Shown here: positions 28,763 to 39,072 of the stretch, piece after piece
Layout: each line of letters starts with the position of its first letter
Numbering within the stretch: position 1 is the stretch's first letter
Origin: Chitinophagales bacterium
GTDB lineage: Bacteria > Bacteroidota > Bacteroidia > Chitinophagales > JADJOU01
Direction: 5' to 3'
DNA length: 64,000 nt
Assembly (NCBI GenBank): GCA_044368655.1
Contig: JBIPPB010000001.1
Coordinates: 75,317 to 139,316 of the forward strand
Made by a program: the position numbers and the translations under genes
Notes under the pieces: model-generated
Told to the model about the DNA's origin: nothing
Database searches by the model: none
What the model saw: only the letters and a program-made list of their open reading frames with translations

Positions 28763-29151
28763 TATTTGGTAAAAGTAATTAATAAATTCATCGAAAAGTT
28801 ATAAAACATCACCACAATAACAGCTAATATTTTACTTATATAAAAGTTAACGCGAAACTTGTCATTAAAGAAATAAATAATACCATTGTTTATCAAAAGT
28901 CCAACGGATGCAATTGCCATAAATTTTAGAAATTGTGCCGTTACATCTAGGTCTTGACTTTTAAATGTCCAAAGGCGATTCATAAAAAAGTTAAATGTGG
29001 CCGCAATTAAAAAGCCTGTGGTATTGGCAATAAATTTGTTGATTTTAAACCTTTCTTTAAGAAGATAGGTCATTGAAAAATCAATAATGAAAGATGAAAA
29101 TCCGACAATACCAAATTTAATAAAAACCGAAAATATAGCTTTAATATTCAA
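28762..29151 (-). CDS. GtrA family membrane protein
   Basis: 129 aa with four TM segments. Contains FIKFGIVGFSSFIIDF and FNFFMNRLWTF, which are typical of GtrA. Confidence 0.75.
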   Translation of the reverse strand: MNIKAIFSVFIKFGIVGFSSFIIDFSMTYLLKERFKINKFIANTTGFLIAATFNFFMNRLWTFKSQDLDVTAQFLKFMAIASVGLLINNGIIYFFNDKFRVNFYISKILAVIVVMFYNFSMNLLITFTK

Positions 29152-29169
29152 GTTAAATGGTTTTATTGT

Positions 29170-30462
29170 TTACGAATGCATTAATGACTCTATTTCTTCT
29201 ACTTCGATAGGGCAATTATTAAGAAAATCTATATGTGCACCGTTAGACTTTAATAAAATATCATTTTCAATTCGAATGCCTATACCTTCATCTTGAATAT
29301 ATATTCCGGGCTCACAAGTTAAAACCGCATTTTCGGGCAATATTTCATAATGATTACCAACATCATGAACATCTAATCCTAAAAAGTGAGCGACGCCATG
29401 CGGAAAATATTTACGATATAATGGATTATTTGGATCTTGTTTCAAGACTTCATTTTTATCTAATAATCCTATTTGAATGAGCTCAGACTCCATAATTTTT
29501 TTACACTCGTTATTGTAATCTAACAAACTTATCGAGCAGCTCATCAACGCTTTTGATTTTTTAAATACATTTAAACATGCATTATAAATGGTTTTTTGTC
29601 TCTCCGAAAACGTACCTGAATATGGAATGGTTCGCGTCATATCCGAAGCATAGTTTCCAAAACGCGCCCCGTAGTCCATTAAAATTAAATCTCCCGCTTT
29701 CAACGGTTTATCATTGTCATTATAATGCAACACATTGGCATTGGCGCCTCCTGCAATAATTGGATTATAGGCGTGTTCGGCTCTATTTTTATTAAAGAAA
29801 TAGGTGATTTCTGCTTCGATTTCAAATTCGTGTTTGAAATGACGCATATTTTTAAGCAAATGGACAAACGAGTCTTTAGTAATATTTGCAGCCTTTTGCA
29901 TTAAATCAATTTCATAATCTTTTTTTGCCGTTCTTAACTGCGACACTATGGGTGCACTTCGATGGTATTGATGTAGAGGAAACTGCGATTTTAATTCTGT
30001 AAATAATCTAAAATCCTTGTAATCCCCTTCAAAATGCGATCGATCGTGTTCATTGAGATTAATATAAACATGCTGCGCTTGATGCATCATCATTTTAATT
30101 AAACTATTAAATGTACTATTCCACTTAATTGTTTTGATACCCGATAATTCATTCGCTTCTTCTTGCGTATATTTATATCCCTCCCAAATTTTGATTTGTT
30201 CGGAAGTTTGTTTTAAAAATAAAACTTCTCTCCATTCCGGAACGGGAGCATCTGGAAACAATACTAAAATCGTATCTTCTTGGTCAATGCCGCTGAGATA
30301 AAACAAGTCGGGATTCTGATAAAATGTATGCGTGGCATCTGCAGATTTTAAAAATTGGTCTCCCGAATGAAAAATCGCAATCGCATTAGGTTGCATTTTT
30401 GACATCAACGCATTCCTGTTTTGTACAAAAAATGCTGCGTTTTTTTGAATAAATCGTCTCAT
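29170..30462 (-). CDS. pepP: Xaa-Pro aminopeptidase (M24B)
   Basis: Has an N-terminal AMP_N-like domain and the metal-ligand blocks DYGARFGNYASDMTRT, HGVAHFLGLDVHD and EPGIY. Confidence 0.85.
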   Translation of the reverse strand: MRRFIQKNAAFFVQNRNALMSKMQPNAIAIFHSGDQFLKSADATHTFYQNPDLFYLSGIDQEDTILVLFPDAPVPEWREVLFLKQTSEQIKIWEGYKYTQEEANELSGIKTIKWNSTFNSLIKMMMHQAQHVYINLNEHDRSHFEGDYKDFRLFTELKSQFPLHQYHRSAPIVSQLRTAKKDYEIDLMQKAANITKDSFVHLLKNMRHFKHEFEIEAEITYFFNKNRAEHAYNPIIAGGANANVLHYNDNDKPLKAGDLILMDYGARFGNYASDMTRTIPYSGTFSERQKTIYNACLNVFKKSKALMSCSISLLDYNNECKKIMESELIQIGLLDKNEVLKQDPNNPLYRKYFPHGVAHFLGLDVHDVGNHYEILPENAVLTCEPGIYIQDEGIGIRIENDILLKSNGAHIDFLNNCPIEVEEIESLMHS

Positions 30463-30474
30463 ATATTAATTTTA

Positions 30475-30777
30475 TTAAACCGAACCTGGAGGTCTTGAAT
30501 CATTATTATTTGAATATACTGGTGGGGTATCGTTGTCTTTTATTCTGCCAAAACTGTCTTCATATTTTTTGATATTGTCTTTCAGTGCGCTCAAAAATCG
30601 CTTCGCATTTTCGGGCGCTAAAATCACTCTTGAACGAACACTTGCATTGGCTGCATTTGGAATTAATTGCACAAAATCAAAAACAAACTCAGTTGGAGAA
30701 TGCGAGATAATGGACAAATTAGAATAAACGCCAAACATTACATCTTCTTTAATGTCTATTTGAATTTGATTTTCCAT
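30475..30777 (-). CDS. DUF3467 domain protein
   Basis: 100 aa. GVYSNLSIISHSPTEFVFDFVQ...RVILAPENAKRFLSAL is the DUF3467 core. Confidence 0.7.
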   Translation of the reverse strand: MENQIQIDIKEDVMFGVYSNLSIISHSPTEFVFDFVQLIPNAANASVRSRVILAPENAKRFLSALKDNIKKYEDSFGRIKDNDTPPVYSNNNDSRPPGSV

Positions 30778-30797
30778 AAAATTATTGTTTAAGTAAG

Positions 30798-30805
30798 CAA
30801 ATTTA
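30798..30805 (-). promoter_or_regulatory. candidate -7 box TAAATTTG for the DUF3467-pepP-gtrA-nadD string
   Basis: Minus-strand match to TAnnTTTG, 20 nt upstream of the ATG at 30777. Confidence 0.4.
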
Positions 30806-30934
30806 CAAATTTTGAAATAAGTTACGCATTTCTTTTATAAATCAAAGCATAATAATAAGGCTTCATTTCGATTTTTGACATGATTTGTTACCATTTTATA
30901 TTTATTTTATTTAAAAACATCAAATTATAATTAT

Positions 30935-30942
30935 TATATTTG
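30935..30942 (+). promoter_or_regulatory. candidate -7 box TATATTTG for the 1493-aa gene
   Basis: Matches TAnnTTTG, 18 nt upstream of the TTG start at 30961. Confidence 0.4.
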
Positions 30943-30960
30943 CCCTAAAAACCATTTGGA

Positions 30961-33900
30961 TTGAAAATAAAAATTACTTTTTTTTTATTAATTATCTATT
31001 TTAACACCAAGAGTCAAATTCGATTTTTAGAAGGTGGTCAAAATGGTTGTGCCCCGTTTAATATTGTAGTGGTTAATGACCCCAATCCTGGCGGATTTCA
31101 TACCTGGAATTTTAATAGCTCCTCAACAATTACCGACACCTTTCGTTTTTTAATAACGACTACAGGAAGTTTTACTTTATCTGTAAATAGTGGTGCTTCA
31201 ATTACAATAAATTCTCTAAACAAACCAACGGGCAATTTGTTAACCAATAAAGATAGCGGCTGTTTACCTTTTATTTTTAATGCTTCTACTAATATTATTT
31301 ATCCGAGTGGAATAAGCCCAATAACCGAAAAATGGATTTTTAATGATGGAAGTGAAGCCATAGGAAACAATGTTTGGCACAGCATTCAAACTAAAGAAGG
31401 AAACATTTCGGCTTCTTTTGATGTCATTACGAGTCCTCCAAGTTGTAATTTTAGAATTAATAAAAACAATTATCTATTTACCTTAGAAGTTCCAAAAACC
31501 AAATTTACCATATCCGACACCTTTAGTTGTTTTATTCCAAAAACCATTAGTTTACAAAATCTTTCTACACACACAGCACTTCAAAATGTTAAATACGAAT
31601 GGAATTGGCAAAATAATGGTAATCAATCCAGCACTAATTTTAACATTAATAACCAAACGTTTAATCAAGAGGGCACGTTTAACTTTTCGTTAAAAACAAC
31701 GAATCAGTTAGGATGCAGTTCTCAATTTTCTAAAACGTTAAAAATTGAAAGACCCAATGTAGGCTTTACAACGGTGGATACTTTTTGTCAATCCGATATC
31801 AAGTTTAAACTATTCATTAATAATTTTGACACCAATTATGTTTACACATATTATTCTAACAATTACGCAAAATCTGGAGACCTTGGGCCACTATCAGATT
31901 CAAATGAATTTTATAACATGGTTTCTTTAAGAAACAACTTCCCATTATCCATTATAAAAACGCTTAAATCCAATTCTTTGTGTAGCGACACGATGACTAA
32001 AAATATCTTTCTTTTAGAATATAAGCCTACAATTAAATTTTCCACTGCTCAAATCTGTAATTTTCCATTTATTTTTAAACCCAAAACCTTGGTTTTTGAT
32101 CCATTGATTAAAAATTATGATTGGAAATTTAAAGTATACGATTATTTAAATAAGATGATTCAAAGTGATAGTTCTACTTTGGAGGAACCTACATTTATTG
32201 GTGCATTTTCTAATAAAAAAGATAGCTTTTATCGACGAAGTGTTCTGCTTGTAGATATACAAATTGGTGTATTTAGTCAAGACTTTTCTTGTAAAAGCTA
32301 CTCAAATAGTATGGAAAATTTTTATCCTTTTTCAACCTATTTAGTTGCCACAAAAACATCGATGTGTAAGGGTGGAGATTTAAAAATAATGGCAAGATCA
32401 ACAAAACATCACAAAATAAAAAAAGTGTCTTGGTTTGTAAACAATAATCCCCTTTCGCCTTCCTCTTCGGATTCTATTATTTCTCAAACATTTAATCAAT
32501 CTGGCACCTTTCGATATTTTGCTGTTGTGGAAAGCCAAACGGGTTGTTTGGATACCACACAAATTTTAAATATTACCATATACGATTCCATTATTTTAAA
32601 TAAAAATACAACGTTTTCCGTTTCAAAAAACAATTTGTGTGCACCCGATTCTTTAATAATTAAAAATACAATCCAAGATTCTTTCGACCATTTTCATCTT
32701 TGGTTTAATAATAAACCCTATTATTGGAAAAAGGGAGATAGTCTTGTGATTAAAAACTTTGAAAATAGGCCGCAAAATATAATAACCTATGTGGCACAAA
32801 ATGGAAATTGTAACAGTATTGTTCGAGATACGATATCTTTAAATAGTGCCGCGACTCGAATTGGATATCATTATAATTGCAACGAACGCAATCGATTTTA
32901 TTTTTATGAAGATTCGGGATTAAACGCAAATACCTATATTTGGAATTATGGCGACGGAAACAGTTATACAAAAAGCTCTAATGACACACATTCATATCAA
33001 TATATGACACGTGGCGATTATTGGGTATCACTAACCAGTAAAAATGCGGCCAATAATTGTGAATACAAGGATAGCGTAAAAATTCATGTTCGTTTTGTAA
33101 AGGCAATTATTGATACGCCAAGATATAAATGCCGAGTAGTAAATGAGTCGGTTCATAACGGTTTTCCATATTTGGTGAATCCTAATTTGTCTAAAGATGC
33201 CGAATATCAATGTAGTTATTTATACACATGGTTTTTTGAAAATGCCAAAAGCCCTATTCGAAGCTATACGGTAAGAGATTCTGCAGAAATTGATTTTCCT
33301 AAGAAATCATTTACTTTAGGACTAGTAGCACGCGATTTTTATGGTTGTACCGACACCGCAAGAATGGCTTACGCGTTTGATTCTTTTTCATTTTCGTATC
33401 AACTCAACAAACCTGTTTATTGTTTGGACGATACGTTAAAACTTAAAAACACAAGTTACAGCAAACATCCTATTTTAATTTCTGATTGGCGCCTTGAATT
33501 AATTGAAGACGGCAATTATGTTTTTTTAAAAGGTGGAAGTGGCTTAGAAATTAATTTTCCTGTAAAGATTAATCGAATTGATAAAGATTCTATCGTTTTA
33601 ACTTTAAAAACAAAAGATACCGGTACCTATTGTTTGGATGAAACGGCAACCATTTCGGTTCCATTTTATTCAAATGATCAAAAAAGCATTTTTTCTGAAC
33701 TCAATGATTCCGTTTGTATTGATTTAAAAACTATATTGAATTATAAAGATTCATTTAAGCCCAATAATGATTATATCTGGTTTAATCCTTTATTTGATAC
33801 CATAAAAAAAGCGGATACGTTTGTAGAAATTGAATTTAATCAATTGGGGAAACGAAAATACACGCTTCATACAATTCATAAATCGTATCAGTGCCGAGAT

Positions 33901-35442
33901 ACAATTATAAAAGAGTTTGTTGTAATGCCAAAAATGAGATTATTTGATTCAATTTCAACGGCCTCAAAACCATTTTTATGTTTTCCTGAAACCGCGCGCG
34001 TATTTATAGATGATTCTAGCCAATCAAACTATAGCGTAAATTGGTACTTAAATACCTTTAATAATTCGGTTGGTATTTTACCTTCGAGTACCATCGCTTT
34101 AGAAAAAGGACTTAATTCGATTTGGGGCGTCATTAAAAATAATTATTCTTGTCTTGATACGGTTTCATTTTCCGCACTTGTTATTAACCCTTCTGCCGAT
34201 ATTATCTTATCTGAAGATTCTATATGTAAAAAAGATGCTTTAATAATAAAACCTATTAATGCCATAGATGTAGATTCATTTTATTGGAATCTTGGTTATC
34301 AAAATGTTTATGCTTCAAAATCAGACACCTCATTTTCTGTTAACTTTAAGAATAAATCTTTAACTAGTGATTCCGTTTTAATTTCAGCTATTTTTTATTC
34401 TCCTGGTAATCAGTGTGTAAGTAGTTACTCTAAAGCTATTAAAATATATGACTCTAAAACGGTTTTAAATAAAACAATAGATACGTTTTGTCACTTAAAT
34501 GGCGAATCTCTTAATCTTTCGGATAGCGGATTAAATCATCAATGGTATATAAACAATATCTTTTATTCAAATACTAAAAATCTAAATACGTCTAATCTGC
34601 TTCCTGGTGGTTATTTGGCTAAATTAATTTCTAATAATAAAACCCTAACTAGATGTAAAGATACGTCCATTTTGGATTTAACTATTTTGCCTAATCCTAA
34701 GCTTATTTTTAAAAATGACACCGTTTGTTTTGGCGATTCTTTAAATTTAAATATTCAAGACACCTTATCAAATACCTTTTTGTTTTTTAATCCAAAATTA
34801 ATTTCGGATTCTCTAAAACTCCCTGTAAAAATAAAACCGACAGAAAATCAGCTATATCAAATAAAAAGTAAAAGCCGTTTTGGTTGTTTGGATAGCATAT
34901 CCTATGAAATTTTTGTTGTGAATCCTATTGTTTTAGATTCGCTTGATACGATTGTGGCTCAAGGTCAAAAAGTAATTCTTCCGCTTGATTATCAATCTAA
35001 TTATATTTACAAATGGAATCCTACACCAGATAGCACCAATTGTTTACATTGTACTAATCCGGAGCTTAAAATTATTGATAGTGTTTTTATTCGATTTTCG
35101 GCCACTGATTTTAAAGGCTGTTTTGAAAATAATACTTTTTATAGAATTCGGGTTTATCCCGATATTCATATCAAGGTTCCTGCAGCATTTACACCAAACG
35201 GAGATGGCAATAATGACATTTTATTTGCACGAGGATTTGGCATAAAGAAACTTATATTTTTTAAAATATTTAATCGGCAAGGGCAGTTAATTTTTGAAAC
35301 CAATAATGAAAATTTTGGCTGGGACGGCACTTATAAAGGTTTACTCCAAAATCAAGATGTTTATTTTTTCACCTATGAGGCTGAAAGTTATACTCCAGGT
35401 AAGATTATAAATGGCGAAGGTAGTTTTATGTTATTAAAATAA
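30961..35442 (+). CDS. large PKD-containing surface protein with a T9SS type B sorting domain (gliding-motility-associated C-terminal domain)
   Basis: The C-terminus VPAAFTPNGDGNNDILF...FNRQGQLIFE...GWDGTYKG...YFFTYEAE is the type B (CHU_C, TIGR04131-like) signature. The PKD motif WNYGDGN is present. An in-frame stop at 30946-30948 leaves no upstream ATG, so a TTG start is implied. Confidence 0.85.
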   Translation: MKIKITFFLLIIYFNTKSQIRFLEGGQNGCAPFNIVVVNDPNPGGFHTWNFNSSSTITDTFRFLITTTGSFTLSVNSGASITINSLNKPTGNLLTNKDSGCLPFIFNASTNIIYPSGISPITEKWIFNDGSEAIGNNVWHSIQTKEGNISASFDVITSPPSCNFRINKNNYLFTLEVPKTKFTISDTFSCFIPKTISLQNLSTHTALQNVKYEWNWQNNGNQSSTNFNINNQTFNQEGTFNFSLKTTNQLGCSSQFSKTLKIERPNVGFTTVDTFCQSDIKFKLFINNFDTNYVYTYYSNNYAKSGDLGPLSDSNEFYNMVSLRNNFPLSIIKTLKSNSLCSDTMTKNIFLLEYKPTIKFSTAQICNFPFIFKPKTLVFDPLIKNYDWKFKVYDYLNKMIQSDSSTLEEPTFIGAFSNKKDSFYRRSVLLVDIQIGVFSQDFSCKSYSNSMENFYPFSTYLVATKTSMCKGGDLKIMARSTKHHKIKKVSWFVNNNPLSPSSSDSIISQTFNQSGTFRYFAVVESQTGCLDTTQILNITIYDSIILNKNTTFSVSKNNLCAPDSLIIKNTIQDSFDHFHLWFNNKPYYWKKGDSLVIKNFENRPQNIITYVAQNGNCNSIVRDTISLNSAATRIGYHYNCNERNRFYFYEDSGLNANTYIWNYGDGNSYTKSSNDTHSYQYMTRGDYWVSLTSKNAANNCEYKDSVKIHVRFVKAIIDTPRYKCRVVNESVHNGFPYLVNPNLSKDAEYQCSYLYTWFFENAKSPIRSYTVRDSAEIDFPKKSFTLGLVARDFYGCTDTARMAYAFDSFSFSYQLNKPVYCLDDTLKLKNTSYSKHPILISDWRLELIEDGNYVFLKGGSGLEINFPVKINRIDKDSIVLTLKTKDTGTYCLDETATISVPFYSNDQKSIFSELNDSVCIDLKTILNYKDSFKPNNDYIWFNPLFDTIKKADTFVEIEFNQLGKRKYTLHTIHKSYQCRDTIIKEFVVMPKMRLFDSISTASKPFLCFPETARVFIDDSSQSNYSVNWYLNTFNNSVGILPSSTIALEKGLNSIWGVIKNNYSCLDTVSFSALVINPSADIILSEDSICKKDALIIKPINAIDVDSFYWNLGYQNVYASKSDTSFSVNFKNKSLTSDSVLISAIFYSPGNQCVSSYSKAIKIYDSKTVLNKTIDTFCHLNGESLNLSDSGLNHQWYINNIFYSNTKNLNTSNLLPGGYLAKLISNNKTLTRCKDTSILDLTILPNPKLIFKNDTVCFGDSLNLNIQDTLSNTFLFFNPKLISDSLKLPVKIKPTENQLYQIKSKSRFGCLDSISYEIFVVNPIVLDSLDTIVAQGQKVILPLDYQSNYIYKWNPTPDSTNCLHCTNPELKIIDSVFIRFSATDFKGCFENNTFYRIRVYPDIHIKVPAAFTPNGDGNNDILFARGFGIKKLIFFKIFNRQGQLIFETNNENFGWDGTYKGLLQNQDVYFFTYEAESYTPGKIINGEGSFMLLK

Positions 35443-35511
35443 TTATGTCTTTTATTTATATTTTATAATTTTGCTAAGATATATGCGTTATGTAAATATT
35501 TTGGTACATAT

Positions 35512-36888
35512 TTGAAAAACAGGTCGGTATTTATCTATTTTATTTTTGATTTGATATTCCTTTTAATATCACTTGTTGCCTTTATTGCATACTTTTCAAC
35601 GCAATCCGACACTTCCGTATTTTTTAGTTTTTTGTCCTCTAAAAATTTTCAATTTTTATATCCCTTTAGTTATATATTCTTTTGGTTAATTTTGTATTAT
35701 TACTCTGGGTTTTATTGGTCGATTTTTGATAAATCAAGATTTCGAGAATTTTACAAAACCATTTTCATTCATTTTCTTGGGTTTGCAGTTCTAAATATTT
35801 TATTATTTATTTTCTTTACCTGTAGTTTATCTATTAAAGAGAATTTTTTATTATTTACGACACAAACTTTTTTGGTTTTATTGTCGCGAATTTTAATTGT
35901 ATCCTTTGCCATTTATAAAATGAAACATGGATTTTCTGTCTATAAAACAGTACTTGTTTTTGATATTTTTGACCCTATACGATTTGAAGAAATTCTAAAA
36001 TATAAGATTCCCGGTCAAAAAATCATTGGTTATGTAAACCATCAAGCGCGGCCCGAAATTAGAGATTTGAAAATGTTAGGATTTTATGATGATTTATCCA
36101 AAATTATTGAGAATAATGAAATTAACGATGTTTTAATCGTTTCAGATAAAAAAGAATTTTTTATAAACACCTTGCACAAATTAGCTATTTTGCCCTTACG
36201 AATTCGAACCATAGCCAATATTGATGACATTGTTTTACGAAGCTTTCGTATTCAAAAAGTGGAAACCCCTTTATATTTAGAAATTTATCCTAACGTGATG
36301 CCTTTGTGGGAAAAAAATATTAAATCTTCTTTGGATAAACTGATTTCATTAATTGCTATAATTTTGCTATTACCTTTATATATTTTGGTTTCTTTGCTCA
36401 TTAAATTAACATCCAAAGGGTCCATTTTATACACACAAGAGCGTTTGGGCTATTTAGGAAAGCCTTTTCAAATCATCAAATTTAGGACCATGTTTGTCAA
36501 TGCAGAAATTGAAAAACCTTTATTAAGTTCTAAAAATGATCCAAGAATAACTAAAATTGGTCGGTTTTTAAGAAAATGGCGCATTGATGAGTTTCCGCAA
36601 TTCTTTAATGTATTAAAAGGCGACATGAGTCTTGTAGGTTATCGCGCGGAGCGTTCTTATTTTATTAATCAAATTATGGAACAAATTCCGTATTATCAAC
36701 ATTTGTTCCGAACGAAGCCTGGCCTAACGTCTTTAGGAATGGTAAATTATGGCTATGCTGAAAATATAAATGAAATGATCGATCGATTAAAATATGATAT
36801 TATTTATATCGAAAATATGGGATTAATTTTAGATTTTAAAATTATGATAAAAACCATTTTGATATTATTTCAGGGGAAAGGAAGATAA
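35512..36888 (+). CDS. polyprenyl-phosphate sugar phosphotransferase (WbaP/exopolysaccharide initiating sugar transferase)
   Basis: N-terminal TM bundle followed by the bacterial sugar transferase core PRITKIGRFLRKWRIDEFPQFFNVLKGDMSLVG. TTG start in the ORF track. Confidence 0.85.
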   Translation: MKNRSVFIYFIFDLIFLLISLVAFIAYFSTQSDTSVFFSFLSSKNFQFLYPFSYIFFWLILYYYSGFYWSIFDKSRFREFYKTIFIHFLGFAVLNILLFIFFTCSLSIKENFLLFTTQTFLVLLSRILIVSFAIYKMKHGFSVYKTVLVFDIFDPIRFEEILKYKIPGQKIIGYVNHQARPEIRDLKMLGFYDDLSKIIENNEINDVLIVSDKKEFFINTLHKLAILPLRIRTIANIDDIVLRSFRIQKVETPLYLEIYPNVMPLWEKNIKSSLDKLISLIAIILLLPLYILVSLLIKLTSKGSILYTQERLGYLGKPFQIIKFRTMFVNAEIEKPLLSSKNDPRITKIGRFLRKWRIDEFPQFFNVLKGDMSLVGYRAERSYFINQIMEQIPYYQHLFRTKPGLTSLGMVNYGYAENINEMIDRLKYDIIYIENMGLILDFKIMIKTILILFQGKGR

Positions 36889-36926
36889 TTTGATATTTTT
36901 GTATTAATTTTTTTAAAATCATCATT

Positions 36927-37514
36927 ATGAAACCGCTTTTTTTAACTGCTTTTTTATTTTTATCTCAAATTACTTTTGGACAGGAAGAACGAAAAGAGGA
37001 TTGGGAAACCGAAACGGTTTTGAACTCAGAATCAAAATTAAACTCGACAAATGAATTTCGAAAAAACGTTCGTATTGGTGGCGAATTTGGGCTTTCTTCG
37101 GTAAATTTTGGTGCACGACAACCATTGTATGGAATGTTTTTTGCATTAAAACCTCAAATTACGTATGTTTTTAATGATTTTTTTGAAGCCGGTATTTCTA
37201 CAGGATATTCGTATATGGGAACTTTTGGAGTAATTAATTACCATAAGTTTGAGTTTGGCCCTATTGCTCGTTTTTATCCTACAGAAGAACTATTTATTCA
37301 AGGCGAATGGAATATAACTAGAGCTACTTTTTCAGAGTACGGAAATAGCATATCCGACACGTATGACAATTTTTTTGTGGGCGGTGGTATGCGCAATGCG
37401 ATTAGTGAAACTTCCTATATTTTATATGGCATTAAGTTTAACTTAAAGAAAAACGAGTATACATTTAATCAGATCATTCCATCTGCATTTTTAACGTTCC
37501 ATTTTGGTTTATAA
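36927..37514 (+). CDS. small outer-membrane beta-barrel-like protein (hypothetical)
   Basis: Signal peptide MKPLFLTAFLFLSQITFGQ. Alternating aromatic/hydrophobic beta-strand pattern, ending ...FLTFHFGL. Confidence 0.5.
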   Translation: MKPLFLTAFLFLSQITFGQEERKEDWETETVLNSESKLNSTNEFRKNVRIGGEFGLSSVNFGARQPLYGMFFALKPQITYVFNDFFEAGISTGYSYMGTFGVINYHKFEFGPIARFYPTEELFIQGEWNITRATFSEYGNSISDTYDNFFVGGGMRNAISETSYILYGIKFNLKKNEYTFNQIIPSAFLTFHFGL

Positions 37515-37539
37515 AAATCTCTTAATTTCATAGGTTTTT

Positions 37540-39072
37540 ATGAAACAGTTTATAATTTATGTTGCTTTAATTAGTATTCTTGGTCTCGTTTTTTCTTGTG
37601 CACAAGTGGTCGTTCCCTCTGGTGGGCCAAAAGATACCACGCCGCCAAAACCAGTTAAAAGTTATCCCGAATGGGGTAGCACTAATTTTGACGATCAAAA
37701 AGTAGTACTTCAGTTTAATGAATTTGTAGTTTTAGAAAACCCAACCCAAAATATAACGGTTTCTCCATTTTACAAAGGAACAATTAAAACAAAACTTTTA
37801 GGTAAAAATGTTGTTTTATTTTTTGAAGAAAAACTTAATAAAGATAAAACATATATCATTTCATTTAATAAAGCGATTAAAGATTTTAAAGCCGACAATT
37901 TTTTAAATTTTTATGAACACCGATTCAGTACGGGTTCTAAAATTGACTCCGGTTTGTTAAAAATTTCGCATTTTTTTTCAGAAAATGGAAAATCTGTAGA
38001 AAATGCTACTGTTGTTTTAGTTCCATCGCACCAAGACTTTGACAGTTGTAGATTTTTGTATTATACAACAACTGCAGAAGGTGTTTCAAAAATGCAAAAT
38101 TTAGACTCAAATTTGTATTTTCCATTCGGTTTTTTAGATAGCAACTTTAATAAAAAGTGGGACAAAAACGAATATCTTGGTTTCTATAATAAAAAGATTT
38201 CGGTCATAGATACCGGTGTTATTTTACAATACTTTAAAGAAAAACCAGATTCAATAATTTTTGAAACCAAACATTTAGGCCCAAATTTGGTTTCCATCGA
38301 ATTTAATTATCAAGCCGATGAAATTAAATTGGAAGATTCTAAAAACTATAATTTAATCAAATCTTCAAATAATAAATTTTTCCTTTTTTCAAAACAACCT
38401 TTTAAAGAACGAGTTAATATCTTTTTAGATAATAAAAAACATTTGATAACCATTCCCTCGGTCAAAAATTTAGACAGTTTTAAAGTTTTACTTTTAAGCG
38501 AAAATAAAACGGACAAAAGACAAGCAGAAGTAAAAGTGTTCGACACACTATCATTATTGTTTAATTCGAACATTACAAAAATTATCGATTCAAATATTAT
38601 TTTTACGTATGATACGACTAGAGACAAAAAAGTAAAATATATTGTATCAAATAATAAGATCAAATTTTATAATTTAACGCATAGCAAAAACTATAAAGTC
38701 CGGTTTTTAAAAAATTCTGTTTTTTCGGATCTTATTAAAAACGACTCGTTTGATTATTCTTTTTCTACTTTATCAGATTCTTCCATTTTTGATACTGTTC
38801 AAGTAACTTTTAAATTCAAAGATACATCAAACAACTATTATTATAAAGTTAATGAAATTGATAATAATTCATTTTTTAAAATAAGAAATAACGATGTCGT
38901 TACATTAAAGAAAATATATTTTTCTTCGCTTCATTTTTATATTTACAAAGATGAAAATAATGATGGACAAAGAGAAAAGGGAAGTTACAAAGAACTAAAA
39001 ATTCCTGAAAAGTCCATTTTTAAAGATTTGGTTTTAGAGAAAAACAAAAAAACGTATACCATTGAATTTTGA
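37540..39072 (+). CDS. SbsA-Ig-like domain lipoprotein
   Basis: Lipobox LVFSC followed by AQVVVPSGGPKDTTPPKPV, the typical N-terminus of Bacteroidota Ig-like (SbsA_Ig) lipoproteins. Confidence 0.6.
   Translation: MKQFIIYVALISILGLVFSCAQVVVPSGGPKDTTPPKPVKSYPEWGSTNFDDQKVVLQFNEFVVLENPTQNITVSPFYKGTIKTKLLGKNVVLFFEEKLNKDKTYIISFNKAIKDFKADNFLNFYEHRFSTGSKIDSGLLKISHFFSENGKSVENATVVLVPSHQDFDSCRFLYYTTTAEGVSKMQNLDSNLYFPFGFLDSNFNKKWDKNEYLGFYNKKISVIDTGVILQYFKEKPDSIIFETKHLGPNLVSIEFNYQADEIKLEDSKNYNLIKSSNNKFFLFSKQPFKERVNIFLDNKKHLITIPSVKNLDSFKVLLLSENKTDKRQAEVKVFDTLSLLFNSNITKIIDSNIIFTYDTTRDKKVKYIVSNNKIKFYNLTHSKNYKVRFLKNSVFSDLIKNDSFDYSFSTLSDSSIFDTVQVTFKFKDTSNNYYYKVNEIDNNSFFKIRNNDVVTLKKIYFSSLHFYIYKDENNDGQREKGSYKELKIPEKSIFKDLVLEKNKKTYTIEF

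Noticed and set aside
32750-35245. Alternative-frame or antisense ORFs inside the 1493-aa gene (32750-32971, 34985-35245). Similar ones lie inside the 1808-aa gene (57387-57647, 58162-58350, 60141-60380).
   Set aside because: They are embedded in long, domain-supported reading frames. I treat them as chance ORFs.
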